Shown here piece after piece: positions 1-11,009 of a stretch of 64,000 bases of DNA; the stretch's first letter is position 1; every line of letters begins with the position of its first letter. Under the pieces are notes generated by a model, which made no database searches, had not been told where the DNA came from, and saw only the letters and a program-made list of their open reading frames with translations. This stretch comes from an uncultured candidate division Zixibacteria bacterium. Lineage in GTDB: Bacteria > Zixibacteria > MSB-5A5 > UBA10806. The position numbers and the translations under genes are program-made. Location of the stretch: assembly GCA_963817915.1 (NCBI GenBank), contig CAWFQL010000011.1:1-64000 (forward strand), read 5' to 3'.

Positions 1-1797
1 TCTTTGCTGGTAGGTATGACTCCCCAGGAGCCGCTCGCGACGTGTTTGTAGCAGGTAATTACGCATTTGTAGCAGATGATAATTCCGGTCTTCAAATTAT
101 AGACATTTCTAATTCTTCCAATCCTATTTTGGCCGGAAGCTGTGGCACACCAGACTCTGCATTAAGTGTTTGTGTTCAGGGCAATTATGCTTTTGTTGCA
201 GTTAATAACGCGGGTCTTCAGATTATAAACGTATCCAACCCTACTAATCCGAGGCTAACAGGAAGATATAATACTACCGGATGTGCAAGGAGCGTTTATG
301 TCCTTGGAAATTACGCTTATATGGCGGATTATAATTCTGGTCTTCAGATAATAAATGTATCTAATCCCTATAGTCCAGTCTTAGCTGGGAGCTATTATAT
401 GCAGGGATATGCTCAGGACGTTTTTGTATTGGACAATTATGCTTATGTGGCGAATTATGCCCGTGGTCTTTATATAATAAACGTTTCCGATCCTTCTAAT
501 CCAGTTCTTGCTGGAATCCATGATTGGCCAAGCGATGCTCAATTCGTTTTTGTTCTGGGCATTTATGCTTATGTGGAGGCCTATCATTCTGGTCTTAATA
601 TTGTAAACGTATCTGATCCATCTAATCCTATTTTAGCCGGAAGCTATGATGAGATGGACAATCCCAACGGCGTTTTCGTCCGGGACAATTTCGCATACGT
701 AGGGGCTGGGTTTCTAGGCCTTCAAATAATGAATATGACTGATCCTGCTAATCCAATTTTAATCGGATGCTATGATACCCTAGACTACTATGCCGGGAGA
801 GTATATATTCAAGGCAATTACGCCTATATGGCGGATGGGTCTTCTGGCCTTCACATAATGTATATATCTGATCCTTCTAATCCAGTGTTGGTTGGAAGCA
901 TTCGGACGTCTAGCAGTGCAGCCGACGTCTTTGTCCATGACGATTACGCTTATGTTGCGGATTATTATTATGGTCTTGAGATAATAAACATATCTGATCC
1001 ATCTAATCCAGTTTTAGTTGGATATTATGATGAATCAGATCCTGCTCACTGGATTTTTGTTCAGGGCAGTTATGCTTACATTTCTGCTGATTTTACCGGT
1101 TTTGATGTGATAGATATTTCAAATCCAGCCTATCCCGAGCTTATTGGAAGTTATGATACGCCGGACGATACTGAGGATTTTTTTATTCAAGGCAACTACG
1201 CTTATGTCGCGGATTATGATTCTGGTCTTAAGATTTTGGACATATCCGACCCCGCTAATCCTATAAATGTAGGAAGCTATGATACTCAGGATACTACACA
1301 TGGCGTTTTTGTTCAGGGCAATTACGCTTACGTGGCCAATGGGTCTTCAGGCCTTCAAATAATAAATATATCTAATCCCTCTAATCCAATTCTTGCAGGC
1401 AGCTATGATACGCCAGGCTCGGCATGGAACTTATATGTCTTAGGCGATTACGTCTATGTTTTGGATGGTTATTCTTTCATGATTCTTCATTTTGAAAGCC
1501 AGACCGGGCTTAATGAAAATGGAAATCTCCCCAGCAATTTCTCCCTCTCCCAAAACTACCCCAATCCCTTTAACGCCCAGACCATGATTCAATACTCATT
1601 GCCGACGCAATCAGAATGTCTCAATCGACATCTTCGATATCCTCGGCCGCAATGTAGAAAAAATTGCTGAAGGGATTAAGCCTGCCGGCAATCATCAAGC
1701 AATCTGGGATGCCGGTGATCAGGCATCGGGGATCTACTTCTACAGAATCAAGGCCGGGGATAAGGTCGAGACCAAAAAGATGACACTGATGAAGTAA
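1..1797 (+). CDS. LVIVD-repeat secreted beta-propeller protein with T9SS type-A sorting domain (5' partial; frameshift ~1615)
   Basis: About 11 repeats of V-GNYAYVAD-SGLQII-VSDPSNP-LAGSY. SLSQNYPNPFN motif, and the CTD (DIFDILGR...SGIYFYRIKAG...KKMTLMK*) continues in another frame to TAA at 1795-1797. Confidence 0.9.
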
Positions 1798-1817
1798 TGA
1801 GCTTTAGTAGGTCAGCT

Positions 1818-1885
1818 GTAGGGCAGGAGTGGCACACTCCTGCCATTATTGCTAAGTCGGCAGGAGTCTCCGACTCCTGCCCTAC
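1818..1885. repeat. Inverted pair of GTAG-tagged REP-like palindromes
   Basis: GTAG-GGCAGGAGTG-gca-CACTCCTGCC ... GGCAGGAGTC-tcc-GACTCCTGCC-CTAC. Confidence 0.8.
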
Positions 1886-2122
1886 TCTGGCGGCCTGCGA
1901 CCCGGCGCAACAGTATATTAGGAAGCAATCCCAATTTCAGAATCATATTGCCAATTTCATTCGGGGTCAGCCGGTTCGGAGCCGCAATGAAAGTCCGTGA
2001 ACAGGATGTTCAGGGACTCGTTCAAGCGCCAGGTCACGTCCACCTCTGGTGGCCTGCGACCCGGCGCAACAAGTATACTTAAGTAGCAATCCCTAATTTC
2101 AGAATCTTATTGCCAATTTCAT
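1885..2122. repeat. ~77-bp imperfect direct repeat (1885-1960 and 2044-2122)
   Basis: Both copies read CTCTGGYGGCCTGCGACCCGGCGCAACA...AGCAATCCC.AATTTCAGAATC.TATTGCCAATTTCAT. Confidence 0.9.
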
Positions 2123-2179
2123 CGTCTTATATTAATCTTAATTGGAAGAAAATATGATTTTTTAGATAAAGGAGGCGCC

Positions 2180-2930
2180 ATGTCAGGGCATTCCAAATGG
2201 TCGACAATTAAACGTAAAAAAGGTAAAACAGACGCCGCGCGCGGAAAGATATTTACCAAGCTAATCCGCGAAATCACGGTGGCGGCCAGAGAGGGCGGCG
2301 GCGACCTCGATTCCAATCCGCGTTTGCGCACGGCTGTATTGGCCGGAAAATCCCAAAATATGCCCGCCGATAATATCAAACGGGCTATCCAAAAGGGCAC
2401 CGGCGGACTGGAAGGTTCAACATACGAATCACAACTACGAAGGCTACGGCCCCGGCGGCGTGGCCATCCTGGTCGAGACATTGACAGATAATAAGAATCG
2501 CACCGTCGCCGAAATCCGGCATATCTTTTCCAAGCAAAATGGCTCATTGGGCGAAATCGGCTGTGTCGGCTGGATGTTCAATCGCAGCGGATATATCACT
2601 GTCGAAAAAGGCAAAATCGGCGAAGATGAGTTGATGGAAAAAGCTCTCGATCTGGGCGCCACCGATTTTATGTCGTCGGGAGATGTCTACGAAATCTATA
2701 CCGAATATTCGAATTTCGAGAAGGTTAGGGCAGGACTCGAAAAAGCCGGTGTTCAAATGGCTTCCGCTGAAATTACAATGATTCCGCAGACAACTGTCAA
2801 ACTCGATGAAAAGCACGCCGAGCAGATGCTAAAACTCTACGAAGCACTCGAAGACCTTGATGATGTTCAGAAAGTCCACGCCAACTTCGATATAGATGAA
2901 TCGATAATGGAGAAATTATCCGAGGCATAG
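2180..2930 (+). CDS. yebC: YebC/PmpR family DNA-binding regulator (frameshift ~2432)
   Basis: [15 protein letters not shown]-terminus, then [10 protein letters not shown]...TDNKNRT...[14 protein letters not shown] in the second frame. RBS AAGGAGG. Confidence 0.95.
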
Positions 2931-2931
2931 A

Positions 2932-3412
2932 ATGGGCGTGACAGTCCTGGGGATCGACCCGGGCCTAAAATCTACCGGATATGCGATTCTGCAATACAAT
3001 GGCGCCTGCTCCCAGCATTTTAGAAGCCGGGAGGATTGCGACTCGCGAAAAGGACGCAATCGAAATTCGTCTGCGCGCGATATTTGACGGATTAGCTGAA
3101 ATCATCGCCGAATTCAAACCTTCGGTAATGGCGGTAGAAAAACTCTATTCTCATTACAAACATCCGCAGACCGCGGTTATCATGGGCCATGCCCGAGGAA
3201 TAATTTTGCTCTGTGCCGCCAATCTCAATGTTCCGGTTGTCAGCTACGCCGCCACGAAAATTAAAAAATCGCTTACCGGTAATGGACGAGCCTCAAAATT
3301 ACAGATGCAGCGAACAGTGAAAAATGTTATGAAATTGAATAGCCTGCCCGAACCATCCGATGTCGCCGATGCTATCGCCGCGGCGCTTTGCCATATAGAA
3401 AGCTCAAGATGA
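2932..3412 (+). CDS. ruvC: Holliday junction resolvase RuvC (frameshift ~3006)
   Basis: ATG 2932 gives MGVTVLGIDPGLKSTGYAIL. Downstream frame has AVEK...GHARG...IKKSLTGNGRASK...DVADAIAAA. Confidence 0.93.
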
Positions 3413-4043
3413 TATCTAAAATCTGCGGCAAGCTCGACCAGTCAATGATACTTCGGCCGTCGTCAATGTCGGCGGGATATTCTACGAGATTATGCTGCCA
3501 TCGGCACTGGCCGAATCTCTTCGAAGCAATGGAGTCTTAGGCTCCGAGATGACATTCCACACAATCGACTATATCGAAGGCGGTCAGATCGGCAATCAGC
3601 ATCCTCGTCTCGTCGGATTTGCCGACCCGATAGATAAGGAATTCTTCTCAGTATTTACCACTGTCCCCGGACTTGGAATAAAAAAGGGACTCAAATCATT
3701 GACGATGCCGATCTCGGATATTGCCCGGGCCATTGAAACTAACGATACATCAGTCCTGCAAAAATTACCCGGTGTCGGCGGACGATTGGCCGAAAAGATT
3801 ATCGCCGAGCTCAAAGGCAAAACAGCTCGATTTGCGTTGGCAAAGGGCAGCAAGCCATTGGCAATAATAGAAGTAAAACCCGATCATGCCGATGAAGTAC
3901 TTGAAATATTATTGCAGCTTCAATACAGACGTGCCGAGGCTCAGACCATGCTCGATAGGGCAATTTCCACCGGCAAACGATTCAAATCATCGGAAGAAAT
4001 GCTTCAACAGATATTCAAACAAACATCGACGGGGCTTGATTGA
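3409..4043 (+). CDS. ruvA: Holliday junction DNA-binding subunit RuvA (frameshift ~3440)
   Basis: MISKICGKL start then VNVGGIFYEI; HhH motifs VPGLG and LPGVGGRLAEKIIAELKGK; lies between ruvC and ruvB. Confidence 0.92.
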
Positions 4044-5065
4044 CCAGAGAACGAATCGTAACCCCCGGCGTTGTATCCGAAGAGGAAGAACGTTATATAG
4101 CCAGCCTTCGGCCCCGAAAGCTGGATGATTTTATCGGTCAGAGAAAACTTACTGATAAGCTGAAAGTCTCTATCAAGGCGGCATTGCAGAGAGAAGAGCC
4201 GCATGAGCATATGTTGTTTTACGGTCCGCCAGGACTTGGCAAGACAACATTAGCCTATATTCTCTCGGAGGAGATGGGGACAAAATTAATTGTCAGTTCG
4301 GGCCCGACATTACAGCGCACCGGCGACCTCATGGGCATACTCACCAATCTGGAGCAGGGCGATGTCTTGCTTATCGATGAAATTCATCGCCTAGCGCCAT
4401 CTGTGGAGGAATTTATTTACCCTGCCATGGAGGATTTCAAAGTCGATTTCGTGGTTGATAAGGGCGCCTTTGCGCGCGTCATCAATGTGCCATTGAAGAA
4501 ATTCACATTAGTTGGCGCGACAACGCGCGCTGGGTTGATATCGGCGCCACTACGCGACCGATTCGGCATAGTTCATCATCTTGATTTCTATCCGCCTGAG
4601 GAATTAGCAACCATCGTGAAACGTTCCGCCGGTATCCTGAATATAAATGTCATGGACGATTCGCCGTTCGAAATTGCGCGCCGCAGCCGAGGAACGCCTC
4701 GTATTGCCAACCGATTGCTTCGCAGAGTCCGGGATTTCTGTCAGGTCAAGGGCAATGGCGAGATAACTATGACTTCTGTTAGAGAGTCGCTCGAAATGGA
4801 AGGTATTGATTCCATCGGGCTCGATGATCTTGATCGCCGCATGATAAATACAATTTTTGAATACTACAACGGCGGCCCCGTCGGTATCGAATCCATCGCG
4901 GCAACTCTCAATGAGGAATCGGGCACATTGGAAGAGATGGTTGAACCCTATCTCCTCAAAATAGGATTTCTCAAAAGAACCCGCAATGGTCGCGTAGTCG
5001 GCGACAATGCAATTCGCCATCTCAAGCTCAAAAAGAAGGGTGATACCCAACAGGAATTATTATGA
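4040..5065 (+). CDS. ruvB: Holliday junction branch-migration helicase RuvB
   Basis: SLRPRKLDDFIGQ, GPPGLGKTT, IDEIHRL, SRGTPRIANRLLRRVRD. Confidence 0.98.
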   Translation: MTRERIVTPGVVSEEEERYIASLRPRKLDDFIGQRKLTDKLKVSIKAALQREEPHEHMLFYGPPGLGKTTLAYILSEEMGTKLIVSSGPTLQRTGDLMGILTNLEQGDVLLIDEIHRLAPSVEEFIYPAMEDFKVDFVVDKGAFARVINVPLKKFTLVGATTRAGLISAPLRDRFGIVHHLDFYPPEELATIVKRSAGILNINVMDDSPFEIARRSRGTPRIANRLLRRVRDFCQVKGNGEITMTSVRESLEMEGIDSIGLDDLDRRMINTIFEYYNGGPVGIESIAATLNEESGTLEEMVEPYLLKIGFLKRTRNGRVVGDNAIRHLKLKKKGDTQQELL

Positions 5066-5289
5066 ACTCGAATCCATTGGGGAAAATTCTCATCATCGGC
5101 GGGGCGATAACGGTTATTATCGGAGTCATATTGATTTTTGGAGAAAAAATTCCATTCATAGGGAAGATGCCCGGCGATATCGTAATTCAAAAGAAGAATT
5201 TCTCGATCTATTTCCCGATTGTGTCTTGCATCATTTTGAGCATTTTATTGAGCGCCGCATTTTACGTAATCTCGTTAATTAAAAAATGA
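5062..5289 (+). CDS. DUF2905 family small membrane protein
   Basis: GKMPGDIVIQKKNFSIYFPIVSCIILS motif; usual position between ruvB and queA. Confidence 0.85.
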   Translation: MNSNPLGKILIIGGAITVIIGVILIFGEKIPFIGKMPGDIVIQKKNFSIYFPIVSCIILSILLSAAFYVISLIKK

Positions 5290-6326
5290 AACTCGATATA
5301 AACCTTTTCGATTACACCCTTCCCGAAGGAAGGATAGCCTTATATCCTGCCGAGCCTCGCGATAGCTCCAAGTTATTATATTTGCCGAAAATCGATGGCT
5401 CAATTCAGCATAAAGCATTTACTGATTTCCCTGATTTCCTGCGCGAAGGCGACTTACTTGTGTTGAATGATTCCAAAGTTTTCCCGGCTCGTCTGCATGG
5501 CACCAAAAAAGGCTCCGGGGGCAAAGTCGAATTGTTTCTCTTGGAAAAACTTGATAATGGCAGTTGGGAAGTTTTGGTGCGGCCTGGAAGAAGATTGCCA
5601 CCAGGTACCGAAGTAGAACTATTTGACAATAAGCTTTCTGCGGTTTTGGGCGAACGAACTGCAAGTGGCGGACGAGTTGTCAATTTCTCCGCCAACGGCG
5701 ATCTGATGTCAATGATCTGGAAGCACGGCGAAATACCATTGCCGCCGTACATAAATCGCAATCCCGAAGACGATGACAAATCCCGTTATCAGACAATCTA
5801 CGCCGAAAATATCGGCGCGGTAGCTGCTCCGACAGCAGGCTTCCATTTTACTGATTCTATCTTTGATAAGATTAAAAGCCTCGGCGTTCATGTAGCGAAA
5901 ATCACATTGCACCCCGGGCTTGGCACCTTCCGGCCGATCACGAGAGACGATATTGAGCAACATCAAATGCACTCGGAGAGATTCACAATCCCGGAATCAA
6001 CCGCGGAAATGGTCCATAAAGCTAAAGCCGAGAATCGCAGAGTAATCGCCGTCGGCACTACGACTGTTCGTGCGTTGGAATCATCATGTGATTCAAATGG
6101 ATTATTGCAGAGTAGAGGCTGGAGCGCGACCGATCTATTTATCAAGCCACCCTTTGAATTTAAAATAATTGACGGCATGCTTACTAATTTCCATCTTCCA
6201 AAATCAACCTTGCTTGTGTTGGTTTCAGCATTGGCAGGAAGGGAACGAATATTGGCCGCGTATCAGGAAGCTATTGCCAACGGCTATAGATTCTATAGCT
6301 ATGGCGACGCCATGTTGATAATATGA
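5286..6326 (+). CDS. queA: S-adenosylmethionine:tRNA ribosyltransferase-isomerase
   Basis: FDYTLP, NDSKVFPARL, PLPPYI, AVAAPTAGFHF, TNFHLPKSTLL, YRFYSYGDAM. Confidence 0.98.
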   Translation: MKLDINLFDYTLPEGRIALYPAEPRDSSKLLYLPKIDGSIQHKAFTDFPDFLREGDLLVLNDSKVFPARLHGTKKGSGGKVELFLLEKLDNGSWEVLVRPGRRLPPGTEVELFDNKLSAVLGERTASGGRVVNFSANGDLMSMIWKHGEIPLPPYINRNPEDDDKSRYQTIYAENIGAVAAPTAGFHFTDSIFDKIKSLGVHVAKITLHPGLGTFRPITRDDIEQHQMHSERFTIPESTAEMVHKAKAENRRVIAVGTTTVRALESSCDSNGLLQSRGWSATDLFIKPPFEFKIIDGMLTNFHLPKSTLLVLVSALAGRERILAAYQEAIANGYRFYSYGDAMLII

Positions 6327-7021
6327 AATTAGGACGAAACATTGCAATTGTGATGGCAGCCGGAAGCGGAACCCGTTTCGGTGACGGCCTTCCCAAGCAA
6401 TTCTGCGATCTAGGCGGCAAGCCGATGGTCTGCCATTGCCTCGATTTATTCGAGGGAAGCGAATTGGTCGATGAGATAGTTCTGGTGGTTGCCGAAGATT
6501 GTCTCGTATTTGCATCGCAAGCGATTGTAGATGAATTCAAATATAAGAAAGTAAATAAAATCACATCCGGCGGGCTCACTCGCCAGGAATCGGTATTGGC
6601 CGGACTTTCGGCTTGTCCCAATGGTATCGATTTAGCTATTATCCATGATGCGGCCAGACCATTCCTGACAGATGGTTTGTTGCGCGAAGTTGTACTTAAA
6701 GCCCGTGAGACCGGTGCGGCAATTTTAGCAGTCCCGGCTAAGGAGAGTATCAAATTAGAGGAAAATGGTTTCGTGGCCAAAACTATGAAGAGAGATTCAG
6801 TCTGGATAGCGCAAACTCCGCAGGTATTCAAGTTCGCAGGCATTATTGATGCCCACAAGCGCGCCGAAGCCGCCAATAACAATCAGGCCACCGATGACTC
6901 GGAGCTCTATGAACAGTATACCGGTCAGGTCGCGATTGTCCGCGGAAGCTATAATAATATCAAAATCACCACACCTGGCGATTTCCTGCAGGCCAGAGAA
7001 ATGCTGAAGGAGAAACCATGA
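6323..7021 (+). CDS. ispD: 2-C-methyl-D-erythritol 4-phosphate cytidylyltransferase
   Basis: AAGSGTRF..PKQF, IHDAARP, QTPQVF, TDD, NIKITTPGD. Confidence 0.95.
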   Translation: MKLGRNIAIVMAAGSGTRFGDGLPKQFCDLGGKPMVCHCLDLFEGSELVDEIVLVVAEDCLVFASQAIVDEFKYKKVNKITSGGLTRQESVLAGLSACPNGIDLAIIHDAARPFLTDGLLREVVLKARETGAAILAVPAKESIKLEENGFVAKTMKRDSVWIAQTPQVFKFAGIIDAHKRAEAANNNQATDDSELYEQYTGQVAIVRGSYNNIKITTPGDFLQAREMLKEKP

Positions 7022-7497
7022 TATCATTCAGGGTTGGCCAGGGTTACGACATTCACCGTCTGATTCCGCTTCGCAAATTGATCCTCGGCGGAGTGCAAAT
7101 CGAATATGAATTTGGTCTCGATGGCCACTCAGACGCCGACGTTGTCTGTCATGCGGTGATGGATTCATTGTTGGGCGCAGCCACACTCGGCGATATCGGA
7201 CAGCATTTCCCCAATAATGATAATTCATTCAAGAATGCCGACTCGATTGGTCTTTTAAAAAAAGTAAATGAGCTTATAAAAGCCAAAGGATATTCTGTCG
7301 GAAATATTGATGTTAATATCATCGCTGAGAGACCTAAGGTGGCTCCCTATATCGCCAAAATGCGTGCCAATATCTCTGGCGCTTTAAATATTCCCGATGA
7401 TAATGTATCTGTAAAGGCAACTACCAATGAGGCCGTTGGGGCTATCGGACGAGGAGAGGGGATCGCCGCATTCGCGGTGGCCTTAATCTATAAATGA
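7018..7497 (+). CDS. ispF: 2-C-methyl-D-erythritol 2,4-cyclodiphosphate synthase
   Basis: RVGQGYDIHRL, GHSDADVVCHA, GDIGQHFP, VSVKATTNE. Confidence 0.97.
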   Translation: MISFRVGQGYDIHRLIPLRKLILGGVQIEYEFGLDGHSDADVVCHAVMDSLLGAATLGDIGQHFPNNDNSFKNADSIGLLKKVNELIKAKGYSVGNIDVNIIAERPKVAPYIAKMRANISGALNIPDDNVSVKATTNEAVGAIGRGEGIAAFAVALIYK

Positions 7498-8102
7498 CAT
7501 TCGATCAAATTTTAGAATTTATCCGGACTCAAGATGCGCTGATTGTATATGCTATACTCTTGTTGAGCGCGATAGTCGAAAATATCTTCCCGCCCTATCC
7601 CGGCGATCTCGTTACTCTTTCGGGCGCGTTTCTCGCCGGCGAGGGGAATATTGGCTATGTCGGCGTTATGGTATCTGTAATTATTGGAGGTGTCGCCGGT
7701 GGAATGATTCTCTATTTATTTGGGAAAAGCAAGGGCCGGAAATTTCTTATTAATAAGAAGCTGCCATTCTTGAAAAAAATTAATTTGGAGAAAATAGAAA
7801 ATCTATTCAAAAAACATGGCGATTCTATCGTGATCCTGTCTCGTTTCATGGCAGGCGTAAGATCGATAGTTATTTTGGTCGCCGGAATAGGAAACATCAA
7901 AACATCCAGAATGGTTGTCTTGCTGATAATCAGCGTCATAATCTGGAATGGCCTCCTGATTACTATGATGTATTATACGAAATCAAATTGGACAGATATC
8001 GTTGACCTCGTTAAGGAATACAATAAAGTCTTTATCGGGATAGCGTTAATATTAATAATTGGCTGGATTGTGAAAGTTCAATGGACAAAAAGAAAAATCT
8101 GA
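7494..8102 (+). CDS. DedA family membrane protein
   Basis: ENIFPPYPGD, LSRFMAGVRS..LVAG; multiple TM segments. Confidence 0.9.
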   Translation: MTFDQILEFIRTQDALIVYAILLLSAIVENIFPPYPGDLVTLSGAFLAGEGNIGYVGVMVSVIIGGVAGGMILYLFGKSKGRKFLINKKLPFLKKINLEKIENLFKKHGDSIVILSRFMAGVRSIVILVAGIGNIKTSRMVVLLIISVIIWNGLLITMMYYTKSNWTDIVDLVKEYNKVFIGIALILIIGWIVKVQWTKRKI

Positions 8103-9142
8103 AAATCGCAGTTCTCATGGGCGGAAATTCTGCCGAGCGCGATGTATCGTTAGCGTCGGGCGCAAGTGTTATTGCGGGCCTGAAACAAGCCGGGCATGAC
8201 GCCATTGCCATTGATACGGCTTTAGGCGCCGGGCAAATAACTTCAAGCAAAATCAATCAAATCGAGAAAATTAAAGAAATGCCGCCAACGCCTGAGGCTC
8301 TGTCATCGATTGCCAACGAAATGGCGATTCAGACAGTCAGCTCACCCGATCTAAAGCAGGTCGATCTGGTGTTTATAATTCTCCACGGTGGTATGGGAGA
8401 GAATGGCACGATTCAGGCTCTACTAGACATGGTTGATATTCCCTATACAGGCTCCGGAGTGTTGGCCTCCGCATTGGCAATGAATAAACTCCTTTCGAAA
8501 AAGGTCCTGATAGCATCAGGGATTCCGACTCCTGATTATGTCGCCAAATCTATAGAAGAGATCAATAACGAGGTTGAATTAATCGCAGATATCGAAAAAA
8601 GCACAGGCTTTCCCGTGGTGGTCAAACCAAATGATCAGGGGTCATCTGTCGGACTTGATATTGCTATGACCAAAGACAAGCTTTTTGAGATTACTAAAAA
8701 CGCCTGCAAATATTCGGACATGATACTATTCGAAAAATTTATTCCCGGCAGAGAATTAACGGTCGCTGTCCTTGGCGATAAAACCTTGCCGATTGTCGAA
8801 ATTCGTCCAAAAGGCGGATTCTACGATTATCACCACAAGTATACTGCGGGGCAGACCGAGTATCTCGTACCGGCGCCTTTGACTGATTCAGAAACCAAAA
8901 AGGTCAGCGAGCTTGGCTTAATGGCATTCAAGGCGGCCGGGTGCAGAGGATTTGCCAGAGTAGATTTCCGAATGAATCCCGAAGGCGAATTTTTCTGCCT
9001 TGAAATCAATACCCTGCCCGGAATGACATCTACATCGTTGGTTCCAAAGGCCGCCAAAGCAGCCGGAATAGAATTTCCGCAGCTGCTCGACAGCATATCT
9101 CAGCTGGCTATCAGCGAATTTGAAAGAAGGAAGAAAATTTGA
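8081..9142 (+). CDS. ddl: D-alanine--D-alanine ligase
   Basis: VLMGGNSAERDVSL, LHGGMGENG, GSSVG, YDYHHKY, EINTLPGMT. Confidence 0.97.
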   Translation: MDKKKNLKIAVLMGGNSAERDVSLASGASVIAGLKQAGHDAIAIDTALGAGQITSSKINQIEKIKEMPPTPEALSSIANEMAIQTVSSPDLKQVDLVFIILHGGMGENGTIQALLDMVDIPYTGSGVLASALAMNKLLSKKVLIASGIPTPDYVAKSIEEINNEVELIADIEKSTGFPVVVKPNDQGSSVGLDIAMTKDKLFEITKNACKYSDMILFEKFIPGRELTVAVLGDKTLPIVEIRPKGGFYDYHHKYTAGQTEYLVPAPLTDSETKKVSELGLMAFKAAGCRGFARVDFRMNPEGEFFCLEINTLPGMTSTSLVPKAAKAAGIEFPQLLDSISQLAISEFERRKKI

Positions 9143-9864
9143 AATTCAAAGCAGTACTTTTCGATCTTGGCAGTACATTGATCAATTACGAAAACCATAA
9201 CTGGGATGAGCTCGGATATATGGGGTGCAAGAGCGCGGCCGAATTATTGGTTAATGAAATCGGTTTGCATGTTCCCGCGGACAAGCTTTGGGATAATTTC
9301 CATAATACGATCGACCAGATGTTCCTAAATCACACTGAGGACCTGGCGGAAATAGACCTGTATCAGGTTACGGCCGATATTCTTAAGGGTCAGGGAATAA
9401 CTACTCTCGATGGTCTCCCCAAGAGATTCCTTGACGCTTATTATCTCCCAATAACGAATCAAATATCGTTGTTGCCGGGGGCTAATGAAATATTGTCTCA
9501 GATAAAAAATAGCGGAATGAAAATCGGCCTGATCTCCAATACGATTTTCCCTGCCGCTTTCCATCGTGCCGAAATGACCCGGTTCGATATCCTGCGCTAT
9601 TTTGATTTCACGATATTCTCATCAGAATTTAAATTTCGCAAACCGAAAAAAGAGATTTACCTCAACGCCCTTTCGCTTGCAGGTGCAAAGGCGGACGACA
9701 CAGTATTCATCGGCGATAGGCTGGTCGAAGACGTTGGCGGGCCGCAATCGGTCGGTATCAAGGGCATTCTCAAATTCACGGATGATCGCGACTACTCGGC
9801 GAAGATTGTGCCATTTAAGACAATACGCGAATTAGATGAACTCGAAAAAATAATCTTAGAATAA
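9139..9864 (+). CDS. HAD-superfamily hydrolase
   Basis: FDLGSTL (motif I), ISN, KP..IY, IGDRLVEDV. Confidence 0.88.
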   Translation: MKFKAVLFDLGSTLINYENHNWDELGYMGCKSAAELLVNEIGLHVPADKLWDNFHNTIDQMFLNHTEDLAEIDLYQVTADILKGQGITTLDGLPKRFLDAYYLPITNQISLLPGANEILSQIKNSGMKIGLISNTIFPAAFHRAEMTRFDILRYFDFTIFSSEFKFRKPKKEIYLNALSLAGAKADDTVFIGDRLVEDVGGPQSVGIKGILKFTDDRDYSAKIVPFKTIRELDELEKIILE

Positions 9865-9876
9865 TCAGGAGGAAAT

Positions 9877-10947
9877 TTGAGCAAATATCAAAAACTAATT
9901 CAGGAATTGACCGACGCTCACGGCGTTTCAGGTTTCGAAGAAGAAGCCACAATGGTTATGAAGAATCATATCAAGGGCGCCGACGAAGTGTCTTTCGATA
10001 AACTTGGATCGCTTATCGCCAAACATAAGGGCAAGTCCGACCGCCCCAGAGTCATGATCGCCGGACATATCGATGAAATCGGTTTTATCGTTAAGGAGAT
10101 AACGCCCGAAGGATACATAAAATTTCTTCCGCTTGGCGGATGGTGGGGCCATGTGGCGTTGGCGCAACGAGTAATTATCAAGACCTCGAAAGGTGATGTC
10201 CCCGGCGTAATCGGATCGAAACCGCCGCATATCCTCAATGATGACGAGCGAAAAAAAGTGCTCGAGCTTAAAGACATGTTTATCGATGTCGGCGTCTGCG
10301 CCGGATTCGATATCAAATCATTAGGTGTCAAGCCTGGCGATCCAATCGTCCCCGATTCAAAGTTTCAAGTTATGGGAAATCCCGACCTCTATATGAATAA
10401 AGCATTCGATAATCGCCTTGGCGCCGCGGCTGCGGTTGCCGTATTCAATGAATTAGCATTGACCGATCACCCCAATACAATCTATGCCGTCGGCACAGTT
10501 CAAGAAGAAGTAGGTCTTCGCGGCGCGGGCACTGCCGCCCATCTGGTAGATCCCGATGTGGCATTTGTTGCCGATGTTTCTCTCGCTATCGATGGACCCG
10601 ACGCTCCCAAGGGCTCGGATGCGAAATTGGGCTCAGGCCCCTCAATTACTGTTTACGACGGCTCCATGATCCCCAATCGGTTGCTGCGCGATCTGGTAGT
10701 CGAGACCGCCGAACGAAATAAAATCCCATTCCATTACGCCGCGCTTGATAGAGGCGGCACCGATGGCGGCAGGATTCATATCAGTCGCGCCGGTGTTCCG
10801 ACAATTTATATCGGAGCTGCCACGAGATATATCCATAGCCATACGTCGATTCTGCATAAAGGCGATTTCGAAAATCTCGTAAAATTGATTAGCGAAGTTA
10901 TCAAACAACTCGATTCCAAGAAAGTTGAGTCATTGACAAAACGATAA
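9877..10947 (+). CDS. M42 family metallo-aminopeptidase
   Basis: GVSGFE, AGHIDEIG, KAFDNR, TVQEEVGLRGA, GGTDGG, RYIHS. Confidence 0.93.
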   Translation: MSKYQKLIQELTDAHGVSGFEEEATMVMKNHIKGADEVSFDKLGSLIAKHKGKSDRPRVMIAGHIDEIGFIVKEITPEGYIKFLPLGGWWGHVALAQRVIIKTSKGDVPGVIGSKPPHILNDDERKKVLELKDMFIDVGVCAGFDIKSLGVKPGDPIVPDSKFQVMGNPDLYMNKAFDNRLGAAAAVAVFNELALTDHPNTIYAVGTVQEEVGLRGAGTAAHLVDPDVAFVADVSLAIDGPDAPKGSDAKLGSGPSITVYDGSMIPNRLLRDLVVETAERNKIPFHYAALDRGGTDGGRIHISRAGVPTIYIGAATRYIHSHTSILHKGDFENLVKLISEVIKQLDSKKVESLTKR

Positions 10948-11009
10948 AATCTAAATGATTTCGATTTTTTTTCGATAACAGAAGAGTACGATTTATCCAA
11001 GAGAAAATT

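Noticed and set aside
1797..2082. ORFs 1797-2000 and 1849-2082 as genes
   Set aside because: They are translations of palindromic and direct repeats with no protein-like features.
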